64,000 nt of DNA. It comes from Bacteroidaceae bacterium (GTDB taxonomy: Bacteria; Bacteroidota; Bacteroidia; Bacteroidales; Bacteroidaceae). The stretch spans positions 14,917 to 78,916 of the forward strand of contig JAZUFX010000054.1 of NCBI GenBank assembly GCA_045640885.1. Reading direction: 5' to 3'. The position numbers were made by a program, and so were the translations under genes. Shown here one piece after another: positions 1 to 8,845 of this stretch (position 1 is its first letter; each line of letters opens with the position of its first letter). Below the pieces are notes generated by a model that did not search any database, was not told the DNA's origin, and saw nothing but the letters and a program-made list of their open reading frames with translations.

Positions 1-363
1 GCCATTGATGCCATGGAGCAGGGCAAAGTTGCCATTATGGTAGGCGGAACCGGCAATCCATACTTTACGACCGATACCGGCTCTTCGCTTCGTGGCATTG
101 AAATTGAGGCCGATGTCATGCTCAAGGGAACGCGTGTTGACGGTGTCTATACGGCCGACCCTGAAAAGGATCCTGCTGCAACCAAGTTCAAGGAGATTAC
201 CTTTGACGAAATCTACAACAGGAACCTCAAGGTAATGGACCTTACCGCCACCACCATGTGCAAGGAAAACGGCCTGTCAATCTATGTGTTCAATATGGAT
301 GTGCCCGGCAACCTCAAGAAGGTCATGGAAGGCCAGGACATAGGAACGCTGGTTCACGCGTAA
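1..363 (+). CDS. pyrH: UMP kinase, C-terminal part (5' end outside window)
   Basis: Frame is open from base 1. The translation GGTGNPYFTTDTGSSLRGIEIEADVMLKGTRVDGVYTADP...KVMD is the conserved UMP-kinase C-terminal half. Confidence 0.9.
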   Translation, partial: AIDAMEQGKVAIMVGGTGNPYFTTDTGSSLRGIEIEADVMLKGTRVDGVYTADPEKDPAATKFKEITFDEIYNRNLKVMDLTATTMCKENGLSIYVFNMDVPGNLKKVMEGQDIGTLVHA

Positions 364-365
364 CT

Positions 366-551
366 TTATATTACATGATTGCCGGCCGGGTCGTAACTGT
401 ATCCGGCCGACTTCAGTATTGCCTCGACTTCGGCTCTGTCAACCTCATAATAGGAGCAGATATCGTCAAGGTTCTCAAACTCTCTGTCACGCAGAAGGAA
501 GTTGATTGATGACGCAAGCATCGAAGCGTCAGAAAGTGGCAGGTGGTTCAT
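366..551 (-). CDS. small conserved protein, DUF4250-like
   Basis: 61-aa ORF. The pattern SMLASSINFLLRD...LDDICSYYEVDRAEVEAILKSAGYSYD resembles the Bacteroidota DUF4250 family. Its ATG overlaps the upstream stop (ATGA). Confidence 0.5.
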   Translation of the reverse strand: MNHLPLSDASMLASSINFLLRDREFENLDDICSYYEVDRAEVEAILKSAGYSYDPAGNHVI

Positions 552-799
552 CGTTTGACTTCTTCAAAATCTACATATTCGCCGTCATCGCTGTCAATGA
601 CCTTTCTTTTCTTGCGGTTTTGGCCGTGCATGTTCTGGCGCATTTGGGGCCGTTCGTTGCCGCTGTCATTGTCTGCAGTCTGCCTGTCACGCCTGAACAG
701 ACCGAGAAACCAGTTCAGAATGGAGCCCAGAACGTTGAAAAACAATCCTATAACTGCAAATGTGGCAATAAGTGCTATTACGATTACTGATATCAGCAT
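548..799 (-). CDS. small membrane protein, DUF4834-like
   Basis: 83-aa ORF with an N-terminal TM helix, a basic/polar linker and the C-terminal GEYVDFEEV motif typical of DUF4834. Confidence 0.5.
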   Translation of the reverse strand: MLISVIVIALIATFAVIGLFFNVLGSILNWFLGLFRRDRQTADNDSGNERPQMRQNMHGQNRKKRKVIDSDDGEYVDFEEVKR

Positions 800-854
800 G
801 GTTCCTCCAATTGTGGCATTTCAAATAAACAGAGGCAAACTCTGTGCCTGAGTG

Positions 855-1580
855 TCAGAACTGACCTTTTGTCAGCAGGGACAGAAGCATATACCAGAGC
901 ATTACCAACCAGAGTCCCTTGCGTGCCGGCACGCTTCCTTCGCACAGAATTCCGGCAAGCACAATGATGACGGCCGCTCCGCCCAGGAATATGAAACGGA
1001 CCTTGTTCTGCTGCCAGTCCAGGCTCTTGAACTTGAACGAGAACATGGGGATGTCGCTGATCATGAGGAATGCAAACGCTATTGCAAGAATTCCGATAAT
1101 GTACGGCGCCCAGGCCATTCCCGAAAAATCAAGCTGGAACAGACCGCACCAGAACAGTGCATTTGCCGGAACGGCAAGACCGCGGAACGATGTGGCCTGT
1201 CTGTCGTCAAGATTGAATTTTGCCAGTCTGAGTGCGGCGAAAGCCGCCAGGATGAACGCTATGTATGGGAAGAATTCTGCCAGACATGGACAAGGATAGT
1301 CATAGCCCTGAAGCGTTTTCCAGCATAGGACTGCCGGTGACAGTCCGAATGTGATAAGGTCTGCCAGCGAGTCGAGTTCCTTTCCGAGCGGTGAATATGC
1401 CTTGAGCAAACGTGCGGAGAAGCCGTCTAGGAAATCAAAGACGGCACCGGCAACAACCCAAAGAAGGGTGCTCCATGCGTTGCCGCTGAAAGCTGTCAGT
1501 ACGGCCATGCAGCCGGACAGAAGATTGCAGCACGTCAAAGTGTTGGGTATATGCCTGGAAATGCAGTTTGCCATTTTCAA
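855..1580 (-). CDS. pssA: CDP-diacylglycerol--serine O-phosphatidyltransferase
   Basis: CDP-alcohol phosphatidyltransferase motif DGFSARLLKAYSPLGKELDSLADLITFG in a multi-TM protein. It lies adjacent to psd. Confidence 0.85.
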   Translation of the reverse strand: MKMANCISRHIPNTLTCCNLLSGCMAVLTAFSGNAWSTLLWVVAGAVFDFLDGFSARLLKAYSPLGKELDSLADLITFGLSPAVLCWKTLQGYDYPCPCLAEFFPYIAFILAAFAALRLAKFNLDDRQATSFRGLAVPANALFWCGLFQLDFSGMAWAPYIIGILAIAFAFLMISDIPMFSFKFKSLDWQQNKVRFIFLGGAAVIIVLAGILCEGSVPARKGLWLVMLWYMLLSLLTKGQF

Positions 1581-1581
1581 T

Positions 1582-2349
1582 TCATTCTTTATTCGGCAAT
1601 TTTGCCAGAATGGTAAGGTCTCCGCTCACTTTCTGTCCCATTTTCACGCAGACCAGACTGCCAAGCGGAAGGTAGACATCGACTCTGGAACCGAATTTTA
1701 TGAAGCCCATGCGGTTGTCCAGCTGACAGGCGTCTCCGGGTTTTGAATAGGTGACGACGCGGCGTGCCAGGGCACCGGCAATCTGACGCATCATGACATG
1801 ATGGCCTTCGGGAGTCTCCATGACAACCAGGGAACGTTCATTCTCGGTGCTGGCTTTCGGCTTGAAGGCGGCGTGGAAATTTCCGTCCTGATGTTCCACC
1901 TTTATTACTTTGCCGTTTACCGGATACCAGTTTGCGTGTACGCTGAATACGCTCATGAAAACGGATATCATTATACGGCGGTCACCGAAATGGTCGGGCT
2001 CGTCAACTTCTTCAACAGTTACTATCGTACCGTCGGCAGGCGAGACGACTACCCCCTGGGTATCCTCTATCTGGAACTTGCGTACCGGATTGCGGAAGAA
2101 ATACACGAAAAAGGACAGGAAGAACAGGGATGCGGCAAGGACAATGTATGACCACCAACCGTAAAGGGAACTGCAGAACAATACCAGATTGACGGCTAAA
2201 AACACAACCGCAGCCAAAAGAAGTGTTGTCTTTCCCTCTGCGTTGATTTTGGATTGTTTGTTGTTGCAGTCAGCCACTTTACGACTCTGTTTTTCAATTA
2301 TCGTCCAAAGGTAAAAATAATAATTGGAATCGCTGCACCTTACTCCCAT
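1582..2349 (-). CDS. psd: phosphatidylserine decarboxylase proenzyme
   Basis: N-terminal TM segments, a conserved core (FRNPVR...SPADG...) and the C-terminal self-cleavage region FGSRVDVYLP. The exact start is uncertain because the N-terminus is unusually long. Confidence 0.85.
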   Translation of the reverse strand: MGVRCSDSNYYFYLWTIIEKQSRKVADCNNKQSKINAEGKTTLLLAAVVFLAVNLVLFCSSLYGWWSYIVLAASLFFLSFFVYFFRNPVRKFQIEDTQGVVVSPADGTIVTVEEVDEPDHFGDRRIMISVFMSVFSVHANWYPVNGKVIKVEHQDGNFHAAFKPKASTENERSLVVMETPEGHHVMMRQIAGALARRVVTYSKPGDACQLDNRMGFIKFGSRVDVYLPLGSLVCVKMGQKVSGDLTILAKLPNKE

Positions 2350-2484
2350 TCATTTTGCTGAATGCCTGTCGTCGGCACCGTTGCTCTCTCGCAGGTCTTG
2401 TGTTGATAACTTTTATGGTTGCGCTTTCTTGTGGGAACCGATTGCGTGGAGTATCTTTAGAAAGTTTTTCAACTCCGTTCCGAC

Positions 2485-5400
2485 ATGCCCGATTTTGTCC
2501 ATCTCCATGTCCATACCCAGTACTCCCTGCTGGACGGGCAGACCAACATCCAGAAGCTGGTCGACAAGGCCATTGCCGACGGAATGCGTGGCGTTGCCAT
2601 AACCGATCATGGTAACATGATGGGTATCAAGGAGTTCAAGAACTACTGCGACAAAGTCAACGCCAAACTGGAAGAGAAAGGCCGGCATTTCAAACCAATC
2701 ATCGGCTGTGAGGTATATGTCGCTCCACGCCATAGGGAACAGAAGGACAGCAAGCAGTTGGACGGTGCCAACTATCACCTTATACTGCTTGCAAAGAACG
2801 AGAAGGGCTACCACAACCTTATAAAGATTGTTTCACATGCCTGGACCGAGGGCATGTACTCCCATCCGCGTACGGACCGCTATGACATCGAGAAATATCA
2901 TGAGGGGATAATATGCTGTTCGGCATGTCTGGGCGGCGAGGTTCCCCGTGCCATTACGGCCGGCGATATGGAACGTGCCGAGAAGACCATCGAATGGTAT
3001 CACAGCCTGTTCGGCGATGATTATTATCTGGAACTGCAGCGTCATAAGGCTACGGTCGAAAAGGCCAACCACGAGACTTATCCCTTGCAGGAGAATGTGA
3101 ATGCGAAGCTGCTCGAACTGGGCCGTAAGCACGGGATAAAGACCGTGTGCACCAACGACGTCCATTTCCTTGACGAGGAGAATGCCGATGCCCATGAACT
3201 GCTGATATGTCTCTCTACGGGCCGTGATCCGGACGATCCGAATCTGATGCGCTACACCAAGCAGGAGTGGTTCAAGACCACGGCCGAAATGAATGAGGTT
3301 TTTGCCGATGTGCCCGAGAGTCTTGACAATACCATGGAGATTCTTGACAAGGTCGAGGAGTATTCCATAAACCATCCGCCCATAATGCCGAATTTCGCCA
3401 TACCTGAAGATTTCGGCACAGAAGACGAATACCGCAGGCGTCTGACCGAGGAGGACCTTTTCAACGAATTCACCCGCAACGAACACGGCGAGGTCGTGAT
3501 GGAACAGGCCGATGCAGAAAAGAAGATTAAGAAACTTGGAGGCTACGACAAGCTGTACAGAATAAAACTTGAGGCCGATTATCTTGCAAAGCTGACGTTC
3601 GAGGGTGCAAAAGTAAGGTATGGAGACCCGATTCCCGACAGCGTGAAGGAACAGCTGGTATTTGAACTGCACATTATGAAAACCATGGGTTTCCCGGGCT
3701 ATTTCCTTATTGTGCAGGATTTCATAAATGCGGCAAGGACGGAACTCGGCGTGTCGGTGGGGCCGGGCCGAGGTTCGGCTGCCGGTTCGGCTGTGGCATA
3801 TTGTCTGGGAATCACCCAGATTGACCCTATCAAGTACGACCTGCTGTTTGAACGTTTCCTGAACCCTGACCGCATTTCGCTGCCCGATATCGATGTCGAT
3901 TTTGATGATGACGGCCGCGGACGCGTGCTCCAGTGGGTGACCGACAAGTACGGCGCCGAGAAGGTGGCGCATATAATAACCTATGGTTCAATGGCCACCA
4001 AGATGGCCATAAAGGATGTCGCCCGTGTGCTCAAGGTGCCTCTTGACACGTCAAACGCGCTTTGCAAGGCCATTCCCGACCGTCTGCCCGACAAGTCTGA
4101 CGGCAGTGCGCGCAAAATGAACCTGACCAATGTCCTGGACTGCGTTCCGGAACTGCAGCAGGCAGCCGTGTCGGAAGACCCGAAGATACGTCAGACCATA
4201 CAGTTTGCACGGATGCTGGAAGGCAACGTGCGCGGTACCGGCGTCCATGCCTGCGGCACCATTATATGCCGTGACGATGTCACAGACTGGGTTCCAGTAT
4301 CGACAGCCGTTGACAAGGACTCGGGGGCACGCCTTCTGGTCACTCAGTATGAGGGCAGCGTGATTGAGGACACCGGCCTTATCAAGATGGACTTCCTTGG
4401 TCTGAAGACTCTGTCCATAATCAAGGAGGCGCAGGAGAACATACGCATCAGTCTTGGCTTTGACCTTGACATCGACACTATTCCCATAGACGACCCCAAG
4501 ACCTTCCAGCTGTACTGCGAAGGCCGCACCATAGGCACGTTCCAGTTTGAATCGCCCGGAATGCAGAAATACCTGCGCGAACTCCAGCCCGGCGTGTTCG
4601 AGGACCTCATAGCCATGAACGCCCTGTACCGCCCGGGACCGATGGATTACATCCCGGACTTTATAGACCGCAAACTTGGCCGCAAGCCCATAGAGTACGA
4701 CATTCCGTGCATGGAGAAGTACCTGAAGGATACGTACGGCATTACGGTATATCAGGAGCAGGTCATGCTTCTGTCACGTCTGCTGGCCAACTTCACCCGA
4801 GGCGAGAGCGACACTCTGCGCAAGGCCATGGGAAAGAAGCTCAAGGACAAGCTGGACCACCTGAAGCCAAAGTTCATTGAGGGCGGAAAGGCAAACGGCC
4901 ACGATGAAAAGGTGCTTGAAAAGATATGGGCCGACTGGGAGAAGTTCGCATCGTACGCATTCAACAAGAGCCATGCCACGTGCTATTCGTGGGTGGCATA
5001 TCAGACTGCGTACCTCAAGGCCAACTACCCGTCGCAGTACATGGCCGCCAACCTGAGCCGCAACCTTTCGGACATTACCGAAATAACCAAGCTCATGGAC
5101 GAGTGCAAGGCTATGGGCATAAGGGTGCTGGGACCCGATGTGAACGAGAGCCTGCGCAAGTTCAGCGTGAATGCGGCAGGCGACATACGCTTCGGCCTGG
5201 TGGCCGTAAAGGGCGTGGGCGAGAATGCCGTGCAGTCCATAATCGAGGAGCGCCAGAACGGTCCTTTCAAGGATATATTCGATTTCGTGCAGCGTGTCAA
5301 CCTGAGTGCCTGCAACAGAAAGAACATAGAGTGTCTGGCTCTGGCCGGTGCCTTTGACAGTTTCAGGGAGATAAGGCGCGAGCAGTTCATGGAACCTTGC

Positions 5401-6195
5401 GGAAAGAGCGACACTTTTGCCGATGTCCTGGTCAGATATGGCGCCAAATTCCAGACAGACCGCAACGAGTCGCAGTTCTCGCTGTTCGGCGATATGGGAA
5501 TGAATGAGTGCGTCTCCACTCCGGTCATTCCCGATGCTCCGGAATGGTCGGCCATTGACAGGCTTAACCGCGAAAAGGAACTGGTCGGCATTTACATATC
5601 GGCACATCCTCTTGACGAGTACCGCGTGATACTTGAGCACGTGTGCAATATCGGGATGGCACAGCTTGCCGAACGCGGGAAACTGGTTGGCAGGGAACTT
5701 GTTTTCGGCGGCATTGTCATTTCCATGAGGGAGTCGCACATGAAGAACGGCAAGCCGTGCGGCTTTGCCAAAGTCGAGGACTTTACCGGTTCGCACGAAC
5801 TGGCCTTCTTCGGGGAAAACTGGCTCAAGTGGCGCAATATGATGGTGGTCGGCAATTTCCTTTTCATAAAGGGCATGTGTCAGGCCAGCCGTTACATACC
5901 TGACCGTATTGATTTGAACGTAAGTTCAATAGAACTGCTTCAGGATGTCAGGAATACCGCCATTCACAGCATGACAGTCTGTCTGCCGCTGTCGGTTCTG
6001 GACAAGGAGCTGGTAAGTGACATCGACACGCTTACCATGAAACCGGGCAATGTCACGCTCAAGTTCGAGATTACTGACCTGACCGATGACAGCAGGGTTT
6101 CGCTGGCATCGGCCTCAAGGAAGATCGAGGTTACTGCCGATCTCATTGACTATCTTGAGAAGACAAGAAACCTTCAGTTGAAATTCAATCAATAA
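2485..6195 (+). CDS. dnaE: DNA polymerase III subunit alpha
   Basis: 1236 aa. PHP domain start MPDFVHLHVHTQYSLLDG, a polymerase core (GRGSAAGS..., PDIDVDF) and an OB-fold C-terminus. Confidence 0.97.
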   Translation: MPDFVHLHVHTQYSLLDGQTNIQKLVDKAIADGMRGVAITDHGNMMGIKEFKNYCDKVNAKLEEKGRHFKPIIGCEVYVAPRHREQKDSKQLDGANYHLILLAKNEKGYHNLIKIVSHAWTEGMYSHPRTDRYDIEKYHEGIICCSACLGGEVPRAITAGDMERAEKTIEWYHSLFGDDYYLELQRHKATVEKANHETYPLQENVNAKLLELGRKHGIKTVCTNDVHFLDEENADAHELLICLSTGRDPDDPNLMRYTKQEWFKTTAEMNEVFADVPESLDNTMEILDKVEEYSINHPPIMPNFAIPEDFGTEDEYRRRLTEEDLFNEFTRNEHGEVVMEQADAEKKIKKLGGYDKLYRIKLEADYLAKLTFEGAKVRYGDPIPDSVKEQLVFELHIMKTMGFPGYFLIVQDFINAARTELGVSVGPGRGSAAGSAVAYCLGITQIDPIKYDLLFERFLNPDRISLPDIDVDFDDDGRGRVLQWVTDKYGAEKVAHIITYGSMATKMAIKDVARVLKVPLDTSNALCKAIPDRLPDKSDGSARKMNLTNVLDCVPELQQAAVSEDPKIRQTIQFARMLEGNVRGTGVHACGTIICRDDVTDWVPVSTAVDKDSGARLLVTQYEGSVIEDTGLIKMDFLGLKTLSIIKEAQENIRISLGFDLDIDTIPIDDPKTFQLYCEGRTIGTFQFESPGMQKYLRELQPGVFEDLIAMNALYRPGPMDYIPDFIDRKLGRKPIEYDIPCMEKYLKDTYGITVYQEQVMLLSRLLANFTRGESDTLRKAMGKKLKDKLDHLKPKFIEGGKANGHDEKVLEKIWADWEKFASYAFNKSHATCYSWVAYQTAYLKANYPSQYMAANLSRNLSDITEITKLMDECKAMGIRVLGPDVNESLRKFSVNAAGDIRFGLVAVKGVGENAVQSIIEERQNGPFKDIFDFVQRVNLSACNRKNIECLALAGAFDSFREIRREQFMEPCGKSDTFADVLVRYGAKFQTDRNESQFSLFGDMGMNECVSTPVIPDAPEWSAIDRLNREKELVGIYISAHPLDEYRVILEHVCNIGMAQLAERGKLVGRELVFGGIVISMRESHMKNGKPCGFAKVEDFTGSHELAFFGENWLKWRNMMVVGNFLFIKGMCQASRYIPDRIDLNVSSIELLQDVRNTAIHSMTVCLPLSVLDKELVSDIDTLTMKPGNVTLKFEITDLTDDSRVSLASASRKIEVTADLIDYLEKTRNLQLKFNQ

Positions 6196-6208
6196 ATATT
6201 GTATAACT

Positions 6209-6523
6209 ATGGAAATTGAAATCACAGAACAGAACTTTGAATCTCTTGTCAATTCCGGAAAACCGGTTGTAATTGATTTTTGGGCAACATGGTGCGGTCC
6301 ATGCCGCCGTCTGGCTCCTGTCATTGAAGAACTGGCAGCCCAATATGACGGCAAGGTGACAATCGGCAAGTGCGACATTGAGGAAAACGTTGAACTGACC
6401 GAGAAGTTCGGCATCATGAATGTACCTACCGTCGTATTCCTGAAGGGCGGACAGGAAGCTGACCGTCTGGTAGGCGTTGCCGGAAAGAATATTTACGAGG
6501 AGAAAATCAATTCGCTTCTGTAA
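6209..6523 (+). CDS. trxA: thioredoxin
   Basis: 104 aa with the active site FWATWCGPC. Confidence 0.93.
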   Translation: MEIEITEQNFESLVNSGKPVVIDFWATWCGPCRRLAPVIEELAAQYDGKVTIGKCDIEENVELTEKFGIMNVPTVVFLKGGQEADRLVGVAGKNIYEEKINSLL

Positions 6524-6527
6524 CCGT

Positions 6528-6857
6528 ATGGCTGACGACGAATTCCTTGAAGATGACCTTGACGATCAGAAGACCGTCGAGTTCATTCAGAATGCGCTTC
6601 CGCAGGAACTGAAGGAAAAGTATACGGAAGACACGCTGTACTATATTCTTGACGTGATAAATGACTGGTTCATGCAGAGCGGCGTACTGGATCAGGAACC
6701 TGACGGGGACGGCTTTGTCGACATTGACAACGACGCTCTTGTATCATATATCGTCAAGGAGGCGAAGCATGACAGAATAGGGTCCTTCCCGGCCGATGAG
6801 ATTATGCTCATTGTCCAGGCCGAGGCCGACTACGTCGATTCACTTGACGGGGAATAG
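6528..6857 (+). CDS. hypothetical acidic protein
   Basis: Internal ATG 5 nt after the trxA stop. 109 aa, very Asp/Glu-rich, no motif recognised. The 6477 ATG would overlap trxA and is less likely. Confidence 0.5.
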   Translation: MADDEFLEDDLDDQKTVEFIQNALPQELKEKYTEDTLYYILDVINDWFMQSGVLDQEPDGDGFVDIDNDALVSYIVKEAKHDRIGSFPADEIMLIVQAEADYVDSLDGE

Positions 6858-6866
6858 GATTCTCCG

Positions 6867-7283
6867 TCAGAAGCTTATGGTACGTGTTCCATCGCTGTTT
6901 TCAGTGATGGACACTTTTTTTGCGTCAAGGGGAAGCAGCTCTTCGATCAGTTCAGGCCATTCAATGAAGCACAGGGCACCGCTGTAGAAGTAATCCTCGT
7001 AACCAAGATCATAGACTTCGTCAAGTTTCTTTATCCTGTAGAAGTCAAAGTGGTAAATCAGCTCGGCTGTAGTGGCTGACCTGTATTCGTTGATTATTGC
7101 AAATGTGGGCGAGTTCACTTCATCTTCAACGCCAAGTTCCTTGCACAGCGCCTTGATGAAGGTGGTCTTGCCGGCACCCATCTTGCCGTAGAAGGCAAAG
7201 ACGGTGTCGTCGCCCATAAGTTCCATGAACTGCCTTGCCGTTTCCGATATCGTTTCCGTGTCCTTTATTGTCAGTGTTGCCAT
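6867..7283 (-). CDS. tsaE: tRNA t6A37 biosynthesis ATPase TsaE
   Basis: 138 aa. P-loop [19 protein letters not shown] followed by [10 protein letters not shown], typical of YjeE/TsaE. Confidence 0.85.
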   Translation of the reverse strand: MATLTIKDTETISETARQFMELMGDDTVFAFYGKMGAGKTTFIKALCKELGVEDEVNSPTFAIINEYRSATTAELIYHFDFYRIKKLDEVYDLGYEDYFYSGALCFIEWPELIEELLPLDAKKVSITENSDGTRTISF

Positions 7284-7288
7284 ATCTT

Positions 7289-8845
7289 TTACTGTTTGTG
7301 TCTGGTCTGCATTGTAATTATGGGGATTATCATTTCTTCCATGGATATTCCACCATGCTGAAAAGTGTCTTTGTAGAACTGTGCATAACTGTTGTAGTTA
7401 TTCTGATATACAAAATAACTGTTATCTGTACAGAATATATATTCTGTGCTCAGGTTAGGCTGTGGCAGATGGGCTTTGTGAGGTTCCTGGATTTCATAGA
7501 CATCTTTCGGGTTGAAAGCCATGCTGCGTCCCAGCTTGTAGCGCAGATTGGTGTTGGTTGACTGGTCTCCTACAATCTTGACGGGATGGTTCACCCTTAT
7601 GCTGCCATGGTCGGTGGTGATGAATACCTTGCGTCCTGTGGCCGCCAGGGTGCGGAACAGGTCGCGCATTGAAGAATTGCGGAACCAGGATTGTATAAGG
7701 TCACGGTATGCCGCTTCGTCCTGGGCCAGTTCACGCATCATGCGCGAATCGGTCTTGGCATGTGACAGTATGTCAATGAAGTTTATGACTATCACGTTCA
7801 AATCGTTGGCCAGCAGGTTGTTTATCTGACCGATAAGCTTCTCGGCGGCAACGGAATCGTTGATCTTGCTGTATGAGAAACTGTCCTTCCGGCGGTACCG
7901 TTCAATGTGTGTCCTTATGAGCGGTTCTTCATTTATGTTCTTGCCTTCGGGCGAGTCTTCATCGACCCACAGTTCAGGGAACAGCTTGCTTATCATATCG
8001 GGCATAAGTCCCGAAAAGATGGCGTTCCTGGAGTATTGTGTGGCTGTGGGCAGTATGCTGAAATAGAGCTGCTCGTCGAATGTGAACAGGCCGGAAAGTT
8101 CGGCTGACAGCATTTTCCACTGGTCGTAGCGGAAATTGTCCATGACAATGAGGAAGGACTTTTCGCCGGCATCAAGTGACGGGAATATATATTTCTTGAA
8201 CAGGTCATGGCTCATGACAGGCCTTTCGGCCCTGTCCTGCATCCAGTCCAGATAGTTGCGCTTTATGAATTTGCAGAACGAGGCGTTTGCCTCGGCTTTC
8301 TGTTGGGCGAGCATTTCGTGCATGCTGCTGTCGGCCTCTTTCAGTTCAAGTTCCCAGAATACCAGCTGCCTGTAGACTTCAATCCAGTCCCGGGCGGTAA
8401 GCGAATCGTTAATCTGCATGTTCAGGCGGCCGAAGTTCTGCTGGTAGTTGCGGTTCGTTTCGGCAGTGACTATGTCATTCTTGTGGATGTTCTTCTTCAG
8501 TGTAAGAAGAATCTGATTGGGATGAACCGGCTTGATCAGGTAATCGGAGATCTTGGAACCTATGGCCTGGTCCATGATGTTTTCCTCTTCGCTTTTCGTC
8601 ACCATCACTACCGGCAGGGCAGGGTGGCTTTCCTTGATATGGGCCAGTGTTTCAAGACCGCTCATGCCAACCATGTGCTCGTCAAGCAGGACCAGATCAT
8701 AGTCTCGTCCGGCGCAGCGTTTCAGCGCATCGTGACCGTTGGTTACAGTGTCAACCTCGTAACCTTTGTTCTCAAGGAACAGGATGTGTGCCCTGAGCAG
8801 GTCTATCTCATCATCGACCCATAGTAGCGTTCCGTTCTTGCTCAT
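7289..8845 (-). CDS. porX: PorX-family response regulator (CheY-like receiver fused to a PglZ/alkaline-phosphatase-like domain)
   Basis: 518 aa. N-terminal receiver ([10 protein letters not shown]...[14 protein letters not shown]...VVMVTKSEE), then a long helical linker and a PglZ-type C-terminal domain (ITTDHGS...). Length and architecture match PorX. Confidence 0.7.
   Translation of the reverse strand: MSKNGTLLWVDDEIDLLRAHILFLENKGYEVDTVTNGHDALKRCAGRDYDLVLLDEHMVGMSGLETLAHIKESHPALPVVMVTKSEEENIMDQAIGSKISDYLIKPVHPNQILLTLKKNIHKNDIVTAETNRNYQQNFGRLNMQINDSLTARDWIEVYRQLVFWELELKEADSSMHEMLAQQKAEANASFCKFIKRNYLDWMQDRAERPVMSHDLFKKYIFPSLDAGEKSFLIVMDNFRYDQWKMLSAELSGLFTFDEQLYFSILPTATQYSRNAIFSGLMPDMISKLFPELWVDEDSPEGKNINEEPLIRTHIERYRRKDSFSYSKINDSVAAEKLIGQINNLLANDLNVIVINFIDILSHAKTDSRMMRELAQDEAAYRDLIQSWFRNSSMRDLFRTLAATGRKVFITTDHGSIRVNHPVKIVGDQSTNTNLRYKLGRSMAFNPKDVYEIQEPHKAHLPQPNLSTEYIFCTDNSYFVYQNNYNSYAQFYKDTFQHGGISMEEMIIPIITMQTRHKQ

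Noticed and set aside
2833-5796. Long minus-strand ORFs (379 aa at 2833-3972, 340 aa at 4774-5796, and others) antisense to dnaE.
   Set aside because: They lie wholly inside a confidently identified 1236-aa dnaE. Their products are low-complexity (Arg/Leu/His/Gly-rich) with no motifs. This is the typical open antisense frame of a moderately GC-rich gene.
7289-8845. The PglZ domain as a marker of a BREX/Pgl phage-defence system.
   Set aside because: The PglZ-like domain is fused to a CheY receiver (PorX architecture). None of the BREX partners (PglX methyltransferase, BrxC ATPase, BrxA/B/L) is present nearby. The neighbours are tsaE and a TPR lipoprotein.
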